A DNA stretch of 64,000 nt from an uncultured virus (IMG/VR IMGVR_UViG_3300042451_000642). Lineage: Duplodnaviria; Heunggongvirae; Uroviricota; Caudoviricetes. Below the pieces are notes generated by a model. That model had not been told where the DNA came from and did no database searches. It saw only the letters and a program-made list of their open reading frames with translations. The position numbers were made by a program, and so were the translations under genes. The DNA lies in IMG/VR virus record IMGVR_UViG_3300042451_000642, one strand, 5' to 3'. The first letter of the stretch is position 1. Each line of letters starts with the position of its first letter. Positions 1 to 9,607 of this stretch are shown one piece after another.

Positions 1-1778
1 CTGTAACAATCACATTAGCAGATGCCACAACGGTTACAGCATCAGTACCAACTTTTAATCAAAACACAACTGGAACTGCTGCCAATATAACGGCAAGTTC
101 AAATACAAGTTTAACATCGTTAGCTAACTTAGCAACTGTAGGTACAATTACAACGGGTGTATGGAATGGAACAGCAATTGCAAATGCATATTTAGCAAAC
201 TCATCATTTAATATTGGTACAACGTCAATATCATTAGGTAGGGCGAGTGCATCACAGACATTAACTGGCGTTGCAATTGATGGAAATGCGGGAAGCGTAA
301 CAAATGGTGTTTATACAACAGGAGACCAAACTATAGGTGGAGCAAAAACATTTAGTTCAAATATAACTAATAGTGCTACTGCAGATTGGTACATGTATGG
401 ATTTGGGTCAAGAGGAGCTTCTTCAGGTCAATACGGAATGGGCCTCGCATCTGATATTGCAAATAGGACACTATCATTCCATATACCTAATCATACCGCT
501 TATTCATCTTCAGGTACCGTACCTAAATTTGGTTGGTACTCTAATGGGTCTGTTGAATTAATGTCATTACAAAGTGCCACTGGTAATTTAGTTGTTACAG
601 GAACAATTGGCGCATCTAATTTAAGCGGAACTAACACTGGAGATGAGACTATAACAAGAATTAACGCTTTGGCAATTACCACCGTTGGAACAATCACTTC
701 CGGTGTATGGAACGGTAGTTCAATTAGTACCACATACACTGACGCTAAAGTAACATCAATATCTGGAACTGCGAATCAAGTGATTGCTAGTTCATCAACA
801 GGAGCAATAACATTATCATTACCACAAAGTATACATACTACCGCAACACCAACATTTGGTGGTATGGTGTTATCAGGTGCAGGTACAGGTAATTCACCGG
901 TACTAAGAATAAACAATTCAACTGCCAGTTCTTTTATTCATTCATTGGAAGCTGTTGGTGCTAATATGACTGCTGGACAAACAAATATTATAGTTGTTGG
1001 TGCATCGGGTACCACTAAAAATAGTGGATATATTGGTTATAACTGGGCAGGTGCGGGTTCAAATAGTAACTATGTTAGTATTGGACACTGGGGTGCGGAT
1101 CATTTGTTAAGAGTATATGGTGATGGTACTGTTTACATGGGTACAGTAACAACCGGTACATGGCAAGGTTCCTCGATTAGTACCACATACACTGCAGCAA
1201 AAGTAACTGCAGTAAATGCGGGAACGGGTGTTGGTGTTGATACAACAACAGGTTCAGTTACCGTATCTATTGGACAATCGGTTGCAACATCGGCGGTACC
1301 AACATTTAAGGCTGCAATATTAACTAGTGACACAGATAGTCGGGTTTTAAAATTAAGAGAGTTGACCTCAACTAGTGGTAACATTATTCAATTTCAAGAC
1401 TCTGCAGGAAATAACAAATGGGAAATAGTTGGTAGATCTAATACAGATACAACGCCATTTTACATTTATAAAAATGATGGAACAAATACCGGGTATATAT
1501 TTTCAATTAGTGGAGGTGGTATACCAAATTTCCACACCGCATTAACTATCGGTGGAAGTACCGCTAAATCAATTTCAAACTCATCATATTCAACATCATT
1601 TAGTAGTGTATCATCAGTAACGGTTACACATAGTTTAGGAACAAAAGACGTGGCGGTATTTGTTTATGACAGTTCAGATAATATGTTCTGGCCATCGTCA
1701 ATTGTTACAACAAGTACAAGTGTTGTTACAATAACTTTTGCATCTTCTAGGTCAGGTAGGGTTGTAGTTGTAAGATAA
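1..1778 (+). CDS. Tail fibre protein, 5'-truncated by the window edge
   Basis: The frame of ORF 393..1778 is stop-free back to position 3. S/T/G-rich, with three GT(I/V)T(T/S)G(V/T)W(N/Q)G repeats and a C-terminal 'VTVTHSLGTKDVAVFVYD' fibre-type module. Confidence 0.8.
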   Translation, partial: VTITLADATTVTASVPTFNQNTTGTAANITASSNTSLTSLANLATVGTITTGVWNGTAIANAYLANSSFNIGTTSISLGRASASQTLTGVAIDGNAGSVTNGVYTTGDQTIGGAKTFSSNITNSATADWYMYGFGSRGASSGQYGMGLASDIANRTLSFHIPNHTAYSSSGTVPKFGWYSNGSVELMSLQSATGNLVVTGTIGASNLSGTNTGDETITRINALAITTVGTITSGVWNGSSISTTYTDAKVTSISGTANQVIASSSTGAITLSLPQSIHTTATPTFGGMVLSGAGTGNSPVLRINNSTASSFIHSLEAVGANMTAGQTNIIVVGASGTTKNSGYIGYNWAGAGSNSNYVSIGHWGADHLLRVYGDGTVYMGTVTTGTWQGSSISTTYTAAKVTAVNAGTGVGVDTTTGSVTVSIGQSVATSAVPTFKAAILTSDTDSRVLKLRELTSTSGNIIQFQDSAGNNKWEIVGRSNTDTTPFYIYKNDGTNTGYIFSISGGGIPNFHTALTIGGSTAKSISNSSYSTSFSSVSSVTVTHSLGTKDVAVFVYDSSDNMFWPSSIVTTSTSVVTITFASSRSGRVVVVR

Positions 1779-1797
1779 AATTCGTATATTATAGAAT

Positions 1798-2937
1798 ATG
1801 TTAAGAGAAAACGTTGAAGTAAGTGGTTCATTAAATATAAGTGGACAATATATTATACCAAGAGGGCCAAGAGCAAATAGACCGTCTAGTCCTGATATTG
1901 GGTCATTATATTTAGAAGAATCAACTAGCGGTAGTTTTGTAGTTACATATACAGCATCTTCAAATTATGATGGTGGTTGGGAACCAGTCGGTTCACAAAA
2001 TACAGATAGAACAGGATTCAAATATAGACAGGTTATTAATTACTCATACTTAGCTGGTGGTTATAAATCCTCATCACCATGGAAGAATGTTCATAGAACA
2101 ACAAATTCAACAGACCAAACGGTTCACCTAGGTGAACTATTAGATTATCCCGCTTCATATACATCTGGAGCGTGTAGTAAATCAATATTATTTGTTTGGT
2201 CAACGAATACGGACGGTGTATGGAAAAGTGATAGTGATATCCATTCAACATGGACTAGTGGTGTACACATGGTTAATGAAACCGCATATGCTCACCAATC
2301 AAAATGGGATTTGGCGAATGCGAGAGATGACTGCGGTACTTTACACCAAGAAACAGAATTTGCTTGGATATTTGGTGCGGGTGTTGCTGCTGTTGAGAAA
2401 TTTAATTTAACAAACGAAACAATGTATAGTGTGTACTATGGTGGACCGTACACTTCAACAGTAATGAAAACATCAATCACGGGTAGTGGTCCTTCTGGTG
2501 CATCAGGATTTTCTGATGAGAACTATGGTTATGGATGGACACAACAAAGTGGCACAAAACTATTCTTCGCAAATGATACATTCACAAATAATCAACAGTG
2601 GGGTGCGAGCGGTCAACAAAAAGGTATTAGTTCAAAAGTTGGGAAGGGGTATGCAGGAAACGAAGGAACATATAATGGTGGTTATAATTTAAGAAGATGG
2701 AATGTTTTCACCGAAACAAATATTGGTAATGTGGTAAAGCCACACCCTAACTGTGGAGAAGAAAACTTTACATTAGGACAAGATCATCAATATATGTTAG
2801 GTAACTATGATGGAGCTCAAAATAATACCAGTTGGAAATTTGTTTATGCTACCGATAGTGGGACTGTTAATCCGTCTGGTTTACCACCAGGAGTAAATGA
2901 TGGAACATCATCAGGTCATTGCGGTTGGAGAACATAA
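1798..2937 (+). CDS. Fibre-associated kelch/beta-propeller-like protein, paralogue 1
   Basis: N-terminal PRGxRANRPxSP..GSLYLE module typical of fibre proteins; YLAGGY and GYAGNEG blade-like motifs; ends SSGHCGWRT. Confidence 0.65.
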   Translation: MLRENVEVSGSLNISGQYIIPRGPRANRPSSPDIGSLYLEESTSGSFVVTYTASSNYDGGWEPVGSQNTDRTGFKYRQVINYSYLAGGYKSSSPWKNVHRTTNSTDQTVHLGELLDYPASYTSGACSKSILFVWSTNTDGVWKSDSDIHSTWTSGVHMVNETAYAHQSKWDLANARDDCGTLHQETEFAWIFGAGVAAVEKFNLTNETMYSVYYGGPYTSTVMKTSITGSGPSGASGFSDENYGYGWTQQSGTKLFFANDTFTNNQQWGASGQQKGISSKVGKGYAGNEGTYNGGYNLRRWNVFTETNIGNVVKPHPNCGEENFTLGQDHQYMLGNYDGAQNNTSWKFVYATDSGTVNPSGLPPGVNDGTSSGHCGWRT

Positions 2938-2955
2938 AATTTATATTTATAAGAT

Positions 2956-4062
2956 ATGCTACACGAAAATATTGAAATTAGTGGGTCCCTAAAAGCACAA
3001 GGCGTGATAAAATCACCAGTTGGGTCACGGGCAAATAGACCAGGTAGTCCACAAACAGGTTCTTTATATTTAGAACAAGCCACTAGTGGTAGTTTTTTAA
3101 TGGTTTATGTTGGATTAAGTAATAGTGATAGTGGATGGGTTAGAGTATCTTCTCAAGTAAATGCCAATGTTGGTTTTAAATTTAGACAGATAATTAGTGT
3201 TTCTTATCTTGCGGGTGGTTATAAAGATTCATCCCCTTGGAAAAATGTCCACAAAACAATTAATGCGACCGATCAGACAACACACATTGGTGAGTTATTA
3301 GATTTTGCTGCGTCGTATACATCTGGAGCTTGTAGTAAATATATTTTTTTTGTTTGGTCTGTCAATGAAGACAACGCTTTTAAGGGGCCAAGTGATGTTA
3401 ATGGTGTGAGAACATCTGCAATTAATATGGCAAACGATACCAAGTATGCACATCAAACCAAGTTTAATATTACCACTGCTAGAAGTGACTTGGGAACCAT
3501 GCATAAAGAAACAGAAATGGCATATATGTTTACCGGTGGTAGTGCCACTGTTGAAAGATTTGATTTAAGTACGGAAACAATAGCAACTGGTTTTAATTTA
3601 TCAACAATAAATGGTGGTGATGGTGGTTCAGCATTTTCTGATGAAAATTTTGGATACGGTTGGACATCTAGTGAAGGAATTAAAATGAGTTTTGCCACAG
3701 AAACATTTACATCATCTGGAATGTGGGGGGCACATTCACAACAGAAGGGAATAAGTTCTAAAGTTGGAAAAGGTTACGCCGGAAATGAGGGGTCTTATAA
3801 CGGCGGTTACAATCTTAGACGATGGAGCAACGCGAACGACACCAATCTCGGTAACGTAGCAAAACCACACCAAAACTGCGGAGAAGAAAATTTTACAATG
3901 GGACAAGATCACCAATATATGTTGGGTAATTATGATGGCGCTCAAAATAATACAAGTTGGAAATTTTATTACTCAACGGACACCGGGACGACCAGCGTAA
4001 GCGGTCTAGCCCCTGGCGTAAATGCGGGGACATCATCCGGACATTGTGGTTGGAGAGCATAA
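2956..4062 (+). CDS. Fibre-associated kelch/beta-propeller-like protein, paralogue 2
   Basis: Aligns end to end with the ORFs at 1798 and 4076; preceded by TATTTAT at 2944-2950. Confidence 0.65.
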   Translation: MLHENIEISGSLKAQGVIKSPVGSRANRPGSPQTGSLYLEQATSGSFLMVYVGLSNSDSGWVRVSSQVNANVGFKFRQIISVSYLAGGYKDSSPWKNVHKTINATDQTTHIGELLDFAASYTSGACSKYIFFVWSVNEDNAFKGPSDVNGVRTSAINMANDTKYAHQTKFNITTARSDLGTMHKETEMAYMFTGGSATVERFDLSTETIATGFNLSTINGGDGGSAFSDENFGYGWTSSEGIKMSFATETFTSSGMWGAHSQQKGISSKVGKGYAGNEGSYNGGYNLRRWSNANDTNLGNVAKPHQNCGEENFTMGQDHQYMLGNYDGAQNNTSWKFYYSTDTGTTSVSGLAPGVNAGTSSGHCGWRA

Positions 4063-4075
4063 AAATAATTAAATT

Positions 4076-5185
4076 ATGATATACGAGAATTTAGAAGTTA
4101 GTGGTAGTTTAACATCAGATAGAGTGGTGAATAGACCACCTAGAGGAACAAGAGCAAATAGAGTTGGTTCACCATTGTCTGGTTCATTATATTTGGAAGA
4201 ATCTACGAGCGGTAGTTTCTTAATGTTATATACTGGAGTATCAAATATTGATAACGGATGGGAGAGAATTGCGGCACAAGAAACCATTCCAATAGCATTT
4301 AAATATAGACAAGTTTTATCATATACCTATTTGGCTGGTGGATATAAAGATTCATCACCTTGGAGAAACGTTCATAAAACAACCAACTCAACAAGTCAAA
4401 CAACTCACGTTGGTGAATTATTAGATTATCCAGTATCTTATACATCGGGAGCATGTAATAAAACAATATTGTTTATTTGGTCAGTAAATGACGATGGAGC
4501 ATGGAAAGGGCCGGATAGTATTCATGGAACTCGGACATCGGCAATCAATATGTTTAATGATACAAACTATGCTCACCAAGCTAAATTTAATACAGGTATT
4601 GCTAGAAGTGACGTTGCTACCATGCAAAAGGAAACGGAATTTGCTTACTTAATATCAGGTGGATCAACCACTATTGAAAAATTTAATTTATCTAACGAAA
4701 GTTATGTAAGTGGATTTGGTGTAACGTCAATAAGTGGAACGGATGGTGCTGGTGCATTTTATGATGAAAGTTTTGGATATGCATGGACAACATCCGCAGG
4801 AATAAAATTTAATTTTTCCAACGAAACACCAAGTTCCTCAACACAATGGGGCGCACACGCACAACAAAAAGGTGTACCATCTAAAGTCGGTAAGGGATAT
4901 TGCGGTAACGAGGGATCATATAATGGTGGTTATAACCTAAGAAGGTGGAGTAACTCCACAGATACGAATCTTGGTAACGTAGCTAAACCACACCAAAACT
5001 GTGGAGAAGAAAACTTAGCATTAGGACAAGATTGGCAGTATATGTTAGGTAATTACGATGGAACGGGTCAAAATAACACTAGTTGGCAATTAATATATGC
5101 AACCGACACTGGATCAAATGCGGTTACCGGATTAGCTCCAGTGGTAAATGCCGGAACATCATCCGGACATTGTGGTTGGAGATAA
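4076..5185 (+). CDS. Fibre-associated kelch/beta-propeller-like protein, paralogue 3
   Basis: Same architecture; conserved YTSGAC, H(P/Q)NCGEEN and SSGHCGWR motifs. Confidence 0.65.
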   Translation: MIYENLEVSGSLTSDRVVNRPPRGTRANRVGSPLSGSLYLEESTSGSFLMLYTGVSNIDNGWERIAAQETIPIAFKYRQVLSYTYLAGGYKDSSPWRNVHKTTNSTSQTTHVGELLDYPVSYTSGACNKTILFIWSVNDDGAWKGPDSIHGTRTSAINMFNDTNYAHQAKFNTGIARSDVATMQKETEFAYLISGGSTTIEKFNLSNESYVSGFGVTSISGTDGAGAFYDESFGYAWTTSAGIKFNFSNETPSSSTQWGAHAQQKGVPSKVGKGYCGNEGSYNGGYNLRRWSNSTDTNLGNVAKPHQNCGEENLALGQDWQYMLGNYDGTGQNNTSWQLIYATDTGSNAVTGLAPVVNAGTSSGHCGWR

Positions 5186-5188
5186 CAT

Positions 5189-5217
5189 TTGACTTTATGA
5201 ATATTTTTCACTATATT
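5189..5217 (+). promoter_or_regulatory. sigma70-like promoter TTGACT-N17-TATATT
   Basis: Same geometry at 9442-9470 (TTGATT-N17-TATATT) and 11490-11518 (TTTACA-N17-TATATT), all intergenic. Confidence 0.5.
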
Positions 5218-5235
5218 GTATAAAAACAATTAATT

Positions 5236-6000
5236 ATGGAACAAGGTTACAAATACGACAGGTCTAATTTTATCAATAACCCATTTGATGAAAAACTAAT
5301 GCAAATATCTGAAAGCATGTCATTTGCATTACCGAAATATAAGGCATATAATTTCGTTGGGGGTGCACAAATAACTCCATATGCGAGATTAAAACAATGG
5401 TTATTGGAATTAAGAGGTAGAGAAGATGCTGTTGAACATTTGGAATATACAGTAAGAAAGGCCGAACTTGAAATTCAAATGGACGAAGAAAGTAAAGAAT
5501 TTATTACCGACACCAAAAGAAAAGAAATGGTTGATTTAACCATTGCAGATAAACGTATTGATTTAAGAAAATTTAATAGAAATCTTAAAGATGCGTATAG
5601 AGAAAGACAAGGGTTTATTGATTTAATTAAGGAATATTTGGAATCAGATGATGCCACCTTACCCGATGGTACCAAATTAATTGATGTTTTTGGTAATCCA
5701 AAATTGGAAGAAAAATATGAGCACGAATATTGGACTGTTCGTATGGCTAAACAAGCAATGTTGGATATGATTTCATATGGTAGAATTGGTACAGGTAACT
5801 TAGATTCAATTCTTATGATGGACCCTGAACAACAAAAACAAGTTTTAACTTTGGCTTCAGCATACACGATTTCTATTGATAAAAATATAAATCAATTAAT
5901 GTCACAAGCTACAACAGATAATTTCTCAATTGAAGAGTCGTTAAAGAATCAATTGAAATTAACAGAACCAAATAAAATAGAAACAGAAAAATTATTATAA
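5236..6000 (+). CDS. Hypothetical coiled-coil protein
   Basis: 254 aa, helical; stop overlaps the next start (TAATG). Confidence 0.7.
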   Translation: MEQGYKYDRSNFINNPFDEKLMQISESMSFALPKYKAYNFVGGAQITPYARLKQWLLELRGREDAVEHLEYTVRKAELEIQMDEESKEFITDTKRKEMVDLTIADKRIDLRKFNRNLKDAYRERQGFIDLIKEYLESDDATLPDGTKLIDVFGNPKLEEKYEHEYWTVRMAKQAMLDMISYGRIGTGNLDSILMMDPEQQKQVLTLASAYTISIDKNINQLMSQATTDNFSIEESLKNQLKLTEPNKIETEKLL

Positions 6001-6740
6001 TGACACATATTCTTTTTAAAGTACAAGGGAATGTTCCAGGTTATATACACGTAGTTGGAATGTATTTAAATTACAATTACGGTAGAATAGCTGATGAGTA
6101 TAACGACATGAGAGTTGAATTGAATAAACTTGGTGCAATAGTTATACCAGAAGAGGTTGCTAAAGGATTTGTTTTTGCTGACATATATAAAGATTATATT
6201 AGTGTTAGAACAAATTCAAATATCATGGATGAAATTCCACAGTTGGCGGAATCCAGTGAAACAGAAGCGGAAAAAGTAAAACACTTTCTTACTGACGAAG
6301 ACAAAGCGGCCGGCGTCGCGTTTAATAAAGCCGCGATGAGAAAAGTAGTTGCAGATAGATTTTCTGAAAGATACAAAGAGCTTATGGTTGATGCTTCTAT
6401 ACTGGAGAAAGACACTTGGGAAGAGCAAAAAAGAGAAGCGTTTGGTTGGACTGCTGATGAAGATTATCAAACACCAATCATTGATATTTTATGTGCCGGT
6501 AGAAATATTGAAAAATCAGTATTTGTACAAAAAATCATTAATAATGTAACAGCGTACAATACTAAACTGGCTAATCTATTATTAGAACAACAACTATTAG
6601 AAGAAAGAATTAAAGCGTGTGAAACTATTGCTGATTGTCACAGACTTAAGCATGAGAAGTTTGGCGTTGCAATGAGTAAGCAACAAAGGGAAGATGAGAA
6701 TATTGAAACAACACCTCTCACATTGAGAATGGACTTTTAA
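6000..6740 (+). CDS. Tail-fibre assembly/chaperone-like protein
   Basis: 'TWEEQKREAFGW..D..YQTPIIDILCAGRNIEK..VQKI' resembles phage fibre-assembly domains. Confidence 0.5.
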   Translation: MTHILFKVQGNVPGYIHVVGMYLNYNYGRIADEYNDMRVELNKLGAIVIPEEVAKGFVFADIYKDYISVRTNSNIMDEIPQLAESSETEAEKVKHFLTDEDKAAGVAFNKAAMRKVVADRFSERYKELMVDASILEKDTWEEQKREAFGWTADEDYQTPIIDILCAGRNIEKSVFVQKIINNVTAYNTKLANLLLEQQLLEERIKACETIADCHRLKHEKFGVAMSKQQREDENIETTPLTLRMDF

Positions 6741-6750
6741 ATAATTTTTA

Positions 6751-7752
6751 ATGAATTTAGCGATAAACGGAACGTGTGCTAAGGGATGTTCATTTTGTTT
6801 CACAAAAGAAGATGCAAGATTAAAACACACGTTAGGAGAAATGGATATAGAAATGGTCGATAAAATTATCGACCATTATCGTCTAAATAACTCTAATGAA
6901 GAAATCACCATACTCGGTGGTGAACCCACACAACACTCAAATTTTATTGGGATATTAGACCATATATTTTCTAAGGGATTTAAAGTAAATCTCGTTAGTA
7001 ACTTTTTATTTGGTAAAACAACCAGAGAATATATTGTAGACAATATAAAAAATATAAGATGGGTCTTCCCAAATGCTGCTGAACTCAATGAAAAAAATAG
7101 AATGGTTATTTTTAAAAAAAACTATCTAGAAATTTATAAGGCATATGCAAATACATGGGGATTCGACACTAACCCAAGATTATACTTGGCATTAACAATG
7201 TCCAGTGATTGGGAGAACAGAAACTTCTACGAATATATTAAGTGGTTATACCATGAATTAGATGGTAAAATAAATGCCATTAGATTAGGGTTAGACTTAA
7301 CCGGTACTTATCTCATCAACAATAAAGAGATGGGTGTCGAGATGACCAAAATACTTAAATTTGGACGTTATAATGAGATTAAAATAACTTCAGACTGTCA
7401 AGTTCCACCATGTCTTTGGGAGGGTAAAACAAAAGGTGCAGTAATGGAAAACTCATTAAATTTTGCCACATTCAAAATCCCTGAGTATGAAACCATATGT
7501 GGATTTATGCCGTTAGATATATTTCCCGACGGAAGTTCAATCCATTGTTATCCATTGGAAGATAAGGTAAAAATTAATAATGTTTTGGAAATATCAGGAA
7601 AAAATGGTATATTAGGGTTAAGAGAAGAATTTGATAAACTTTATATTAATAATCATAAAAATTATTCAATCCCACAAGATTGTTTAGATTGTGTTTTCTA
7701 TAAAACAGAATGTAATGGAATATGTGGAGGTTGTATGGAAGGTAACAAATGA
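6751..7752 (+). CDS. Radical SAM protein with SPASM-like C-terminal domain
   Basis: CAKGCSFC (CxxxCxxC), GGEPT, C-terminal CLDC..ECNGICGGC. Confidence 0.9.
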   Translation: MNLAINGTCAKGCSFCFTKEDARLKHTLGEMDIEMVDKIIDHYRLNNSNEEITILGGEPTQHSNFIGILDHIFSKGFKVNLVSNFLFGKTTREYIVDNIKNIRWVFPNAAELNEKNRMVIFKKNYLEIYKAYANTWGFDTNPRLYLALTMSSDWENRNFYEYIKWLYHELDGKINAIRLGLDLTGTYLINNKEMGVEMTKILKFGRYNEIKITSDCQVPPCLWEGKTKGAVMENSLNFATFKIPEYETICGFMPLDIFPDGSSIHCYPLEDKVKINNVLEISGKNGILGLREEFDKLYINNHKNYSIPQDCLDCVFYKTECNGICGGCMEGNK

Positions 7753-8789
7753 CAAAGAAAATATTTTCAATACCGTTTAATCCGATGTTGACAGAGGATA
7801 TGTTTGTAAATAAGTTTTATCCATTCTTAGAAAGAAATAAAGATTGGATTTATGACATTTATTTTACATGTAGAATACCACCATTCACTCAGGATGCGAT
7901 GGGTGCCGTGTTTAGAGAAGAAGACAGAGATGTTATATTTGAAAACGCAATGATAATACAAAGGGCTTTAGGTATTAAAATAAGTGCAACATTCAATAAT
8001 GTTAATGTCTCACCCAAGTATGAAAATTACAAATTGTTTGTTGACAATTTAAAACCATTATATGAAAAAGGTTTAAGGTGTATAACTATTCCGCATGGTC
8101 ATTGGGTTGCAATGGGGTTGAAGAAACATTTTCCCGATATGGAAATTAAAAATACCATATTAAGAAAGGTTGCAACGGGACAAGACTTTTGGTACAATGC
8201 CGATCAAGGATTTGATTACATTAATCTTGATAGAATTTTAATGAGGGATGTTGAAGAATTAAAAAATATCAAGAGAGCACAATTAAAATATCAAGAAGAG
8301 AAAGGTAGATATGTAAAACTATCTTTACTTGTTAACGAAGGTTGTTTAGGTAGGTGTCCTGTAATGGATGAACACTATTCATATAACAATCTTAGACAAC
8401 CTAATGAACTACCATATTTTCATCATGAGATATCTAAGGTGACATGCGAATACAAATGGGAAAAAGAAATAAATGCTTTCTTTTTTAAGGCGGCAACGAT
8501 ACCACCATTCAAAGAAGAGTTCGATGAATTATTGGGGTACATTGATGTATTCAAAATGCATGGTAGAGATAGTTTCAATAGACTAGATGAAACAATTGAA
8601 ATTGTTGAGTCGTATGTTGCAAATAGTGAAGTACTCTCCAAGACCTCTGAAACATATTTGGATGGTATACCATATGATGAATTGAAGGGATGGAGAAATA
8701 AAATAAAGAAATGTAAATTCCAATGTTGGGATTGTAATTATTGCGACATAGTTGCTGACCATAAAAAGAAATCTCATGGACTTAATTAA
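7749..8789 (+). CDS. Peptidase U32-family Fe-S protein (probable hydroxylase-type)
   Basis: LLVNEGCLGRCP...H, FKMHGRD and a C-terminal CKFQCWDCNYC cluster. Confidence 0.7.
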   Translation: MTKKIFSIPFNPMLTEDMFVNKFYPFLERNKDWIYDIYFTCRIPPFTQDAMGAVFREEDRDVIFENAMIIQRALGIKISATFNNVNVSPKYENYKLFVDNLKPLYEKGLRCITIPHGHWVAMGLKKHFPDMEIKNTILRKVATGQDFWYNADQGFDYINLDRILMRDVEELKNIKRAQLKYQEEKGRYVKLSLLVNEGCLGRCPVMDEHYSYNNLRQPNELPYFHHEISKVTCEYKWEKEINAFFFKAATIPPFKEEFDELLGYIDVFKMHGRDSFNRLDETIEIVESYVANSEVLSKTSETYLDGIPYDELKGWRNKIKKCKFQCWDCNYCDIVADHKKKSHGLN

Positions 8790-9441
8790 ACACATTGACG
8801 ACTCCATTGAATGGGGTAAACTTGAGGTATCTAAATTAAATCAAGACATTCTTGATATCCACGGAATAACAAGTAATAAAGTTAAATGTTTTCTCAATAA
8901 CATTTGTAATGTTGATAATGCCACATATCTTGAATTAGGTGTTTTTAGAGGTGCAACTTTTTGTTCCGCAGTCCACGGTAATGACATTTACTCAATAGGT
9001 ATTGATAACTTTATGTCTCCTAACTTAACACCAAAAGGAGTGAGTCAAAAAATTGGCAACTATTATAAACATAATATTGATATACCACCACAAGAAGAAT
9101 TCTTATCGAATGTTAAAAGACATTGTAATGTCAATAAAACATCCATATACAAAACTGATTATCAAACCTTTGATTTTAAAACATTACCAAATGTTGATAT
9201 CATTTTTTATGATGGAGAAACAAAATTCCATGACCAATACGTTGCATTAACAAACATGTTACCAATATTTTCTAAAGAAACTATAGTCATTATGGATGAT
9301 TGGAATTGGAATAGTGGTGCCTTTGAAAAGTTTGTTAGTGATAATAACTTATTTATTAGCCATTATAGGGAATTATATACATCAGGTGAAGACTCCGAAG
9401 ATTTTTGGAATGGTCTTGGAATATTTTTAATTGAAAGGTAG
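8776..9441 (+). CDS. Class I SAM-dependent methyltransferase (Methyltransf_24-like)
   Basis: YLELGVFRGAT, IDNF, IIFYDG, IMDDW motifs; ATG at 8776 overlaps the upstream gene end. Confidence 0.8.
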   Translation: MDLIKHIDDSIEWGKLEVSKLNQDILDIHGITSNKVKCFLNNICNVDNATYLELGVFRGATFCSAVHGNDIYSIGIDNFMSPNLTPKGVSQKIGNYYKHNIDIPPQEEFLSNVKRHCNVNKTSIYKTDYQTFDFKTLPNVDIIFYDGETKFHDQYVALTNMLPIFSKETIVIMDDWNWNSGAFEKFVSDNNLFISHYRELYTSGEDSEDFWNGLGIFLIER

Positions 9442-9484
9442 TTGATTATCTGATATTTTTTGTTTATATTATAATATATTGTAA

Positions 9485-9574
9485 GGGGAGGTGGGTGAGT
9501 GGTTTAAACCGACAGCCTCCGAAGCTGCTATTGGACTTAACATTCAATCGAGAGTCCGAATCTCTTCCTCCCCG
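9485..9574 (+). tRNA. Class II (Ser-type body) tRNA with anticodon CCG
   Basis: Acceptor GGGGAGG/CCTCCCC; D arm GGTGAGTGGTTTAAACC; anticodon arm ACAGC-CTCCGAA-GCTGC; variable arm ATTGGA-CTTAACA-TTCAAT; T arm GAGAG-TCCGAAT-CTCTT; discriminator G; CCA not encoded (CAA follows). Confidence 0.9.
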
Positions 9575-9607
9575 CAATTTTATAAACTTTTCTTAAACAA
9601 AAAACAG

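Noticed and set aside
1798..5185. Diversity-generating retroelement acting on the three paralogues
   Set aside because: No reverse transcriptase is present, and the differences inspected are ordinary synonymous and non-synonymous changes, not adenine-specific.
9485..9577. tRNA-Sec or suppressor tRNA
   Set aside because: The anticodon is CCG, not TCA or CTA, and the acceptor stem is the ordinary 7 bp.
9491..9607. N-terminal extension of the barrel ORF given in the track
   Set aside because: It runs through the tRNA; the signal peptide begins at ATG 9608.
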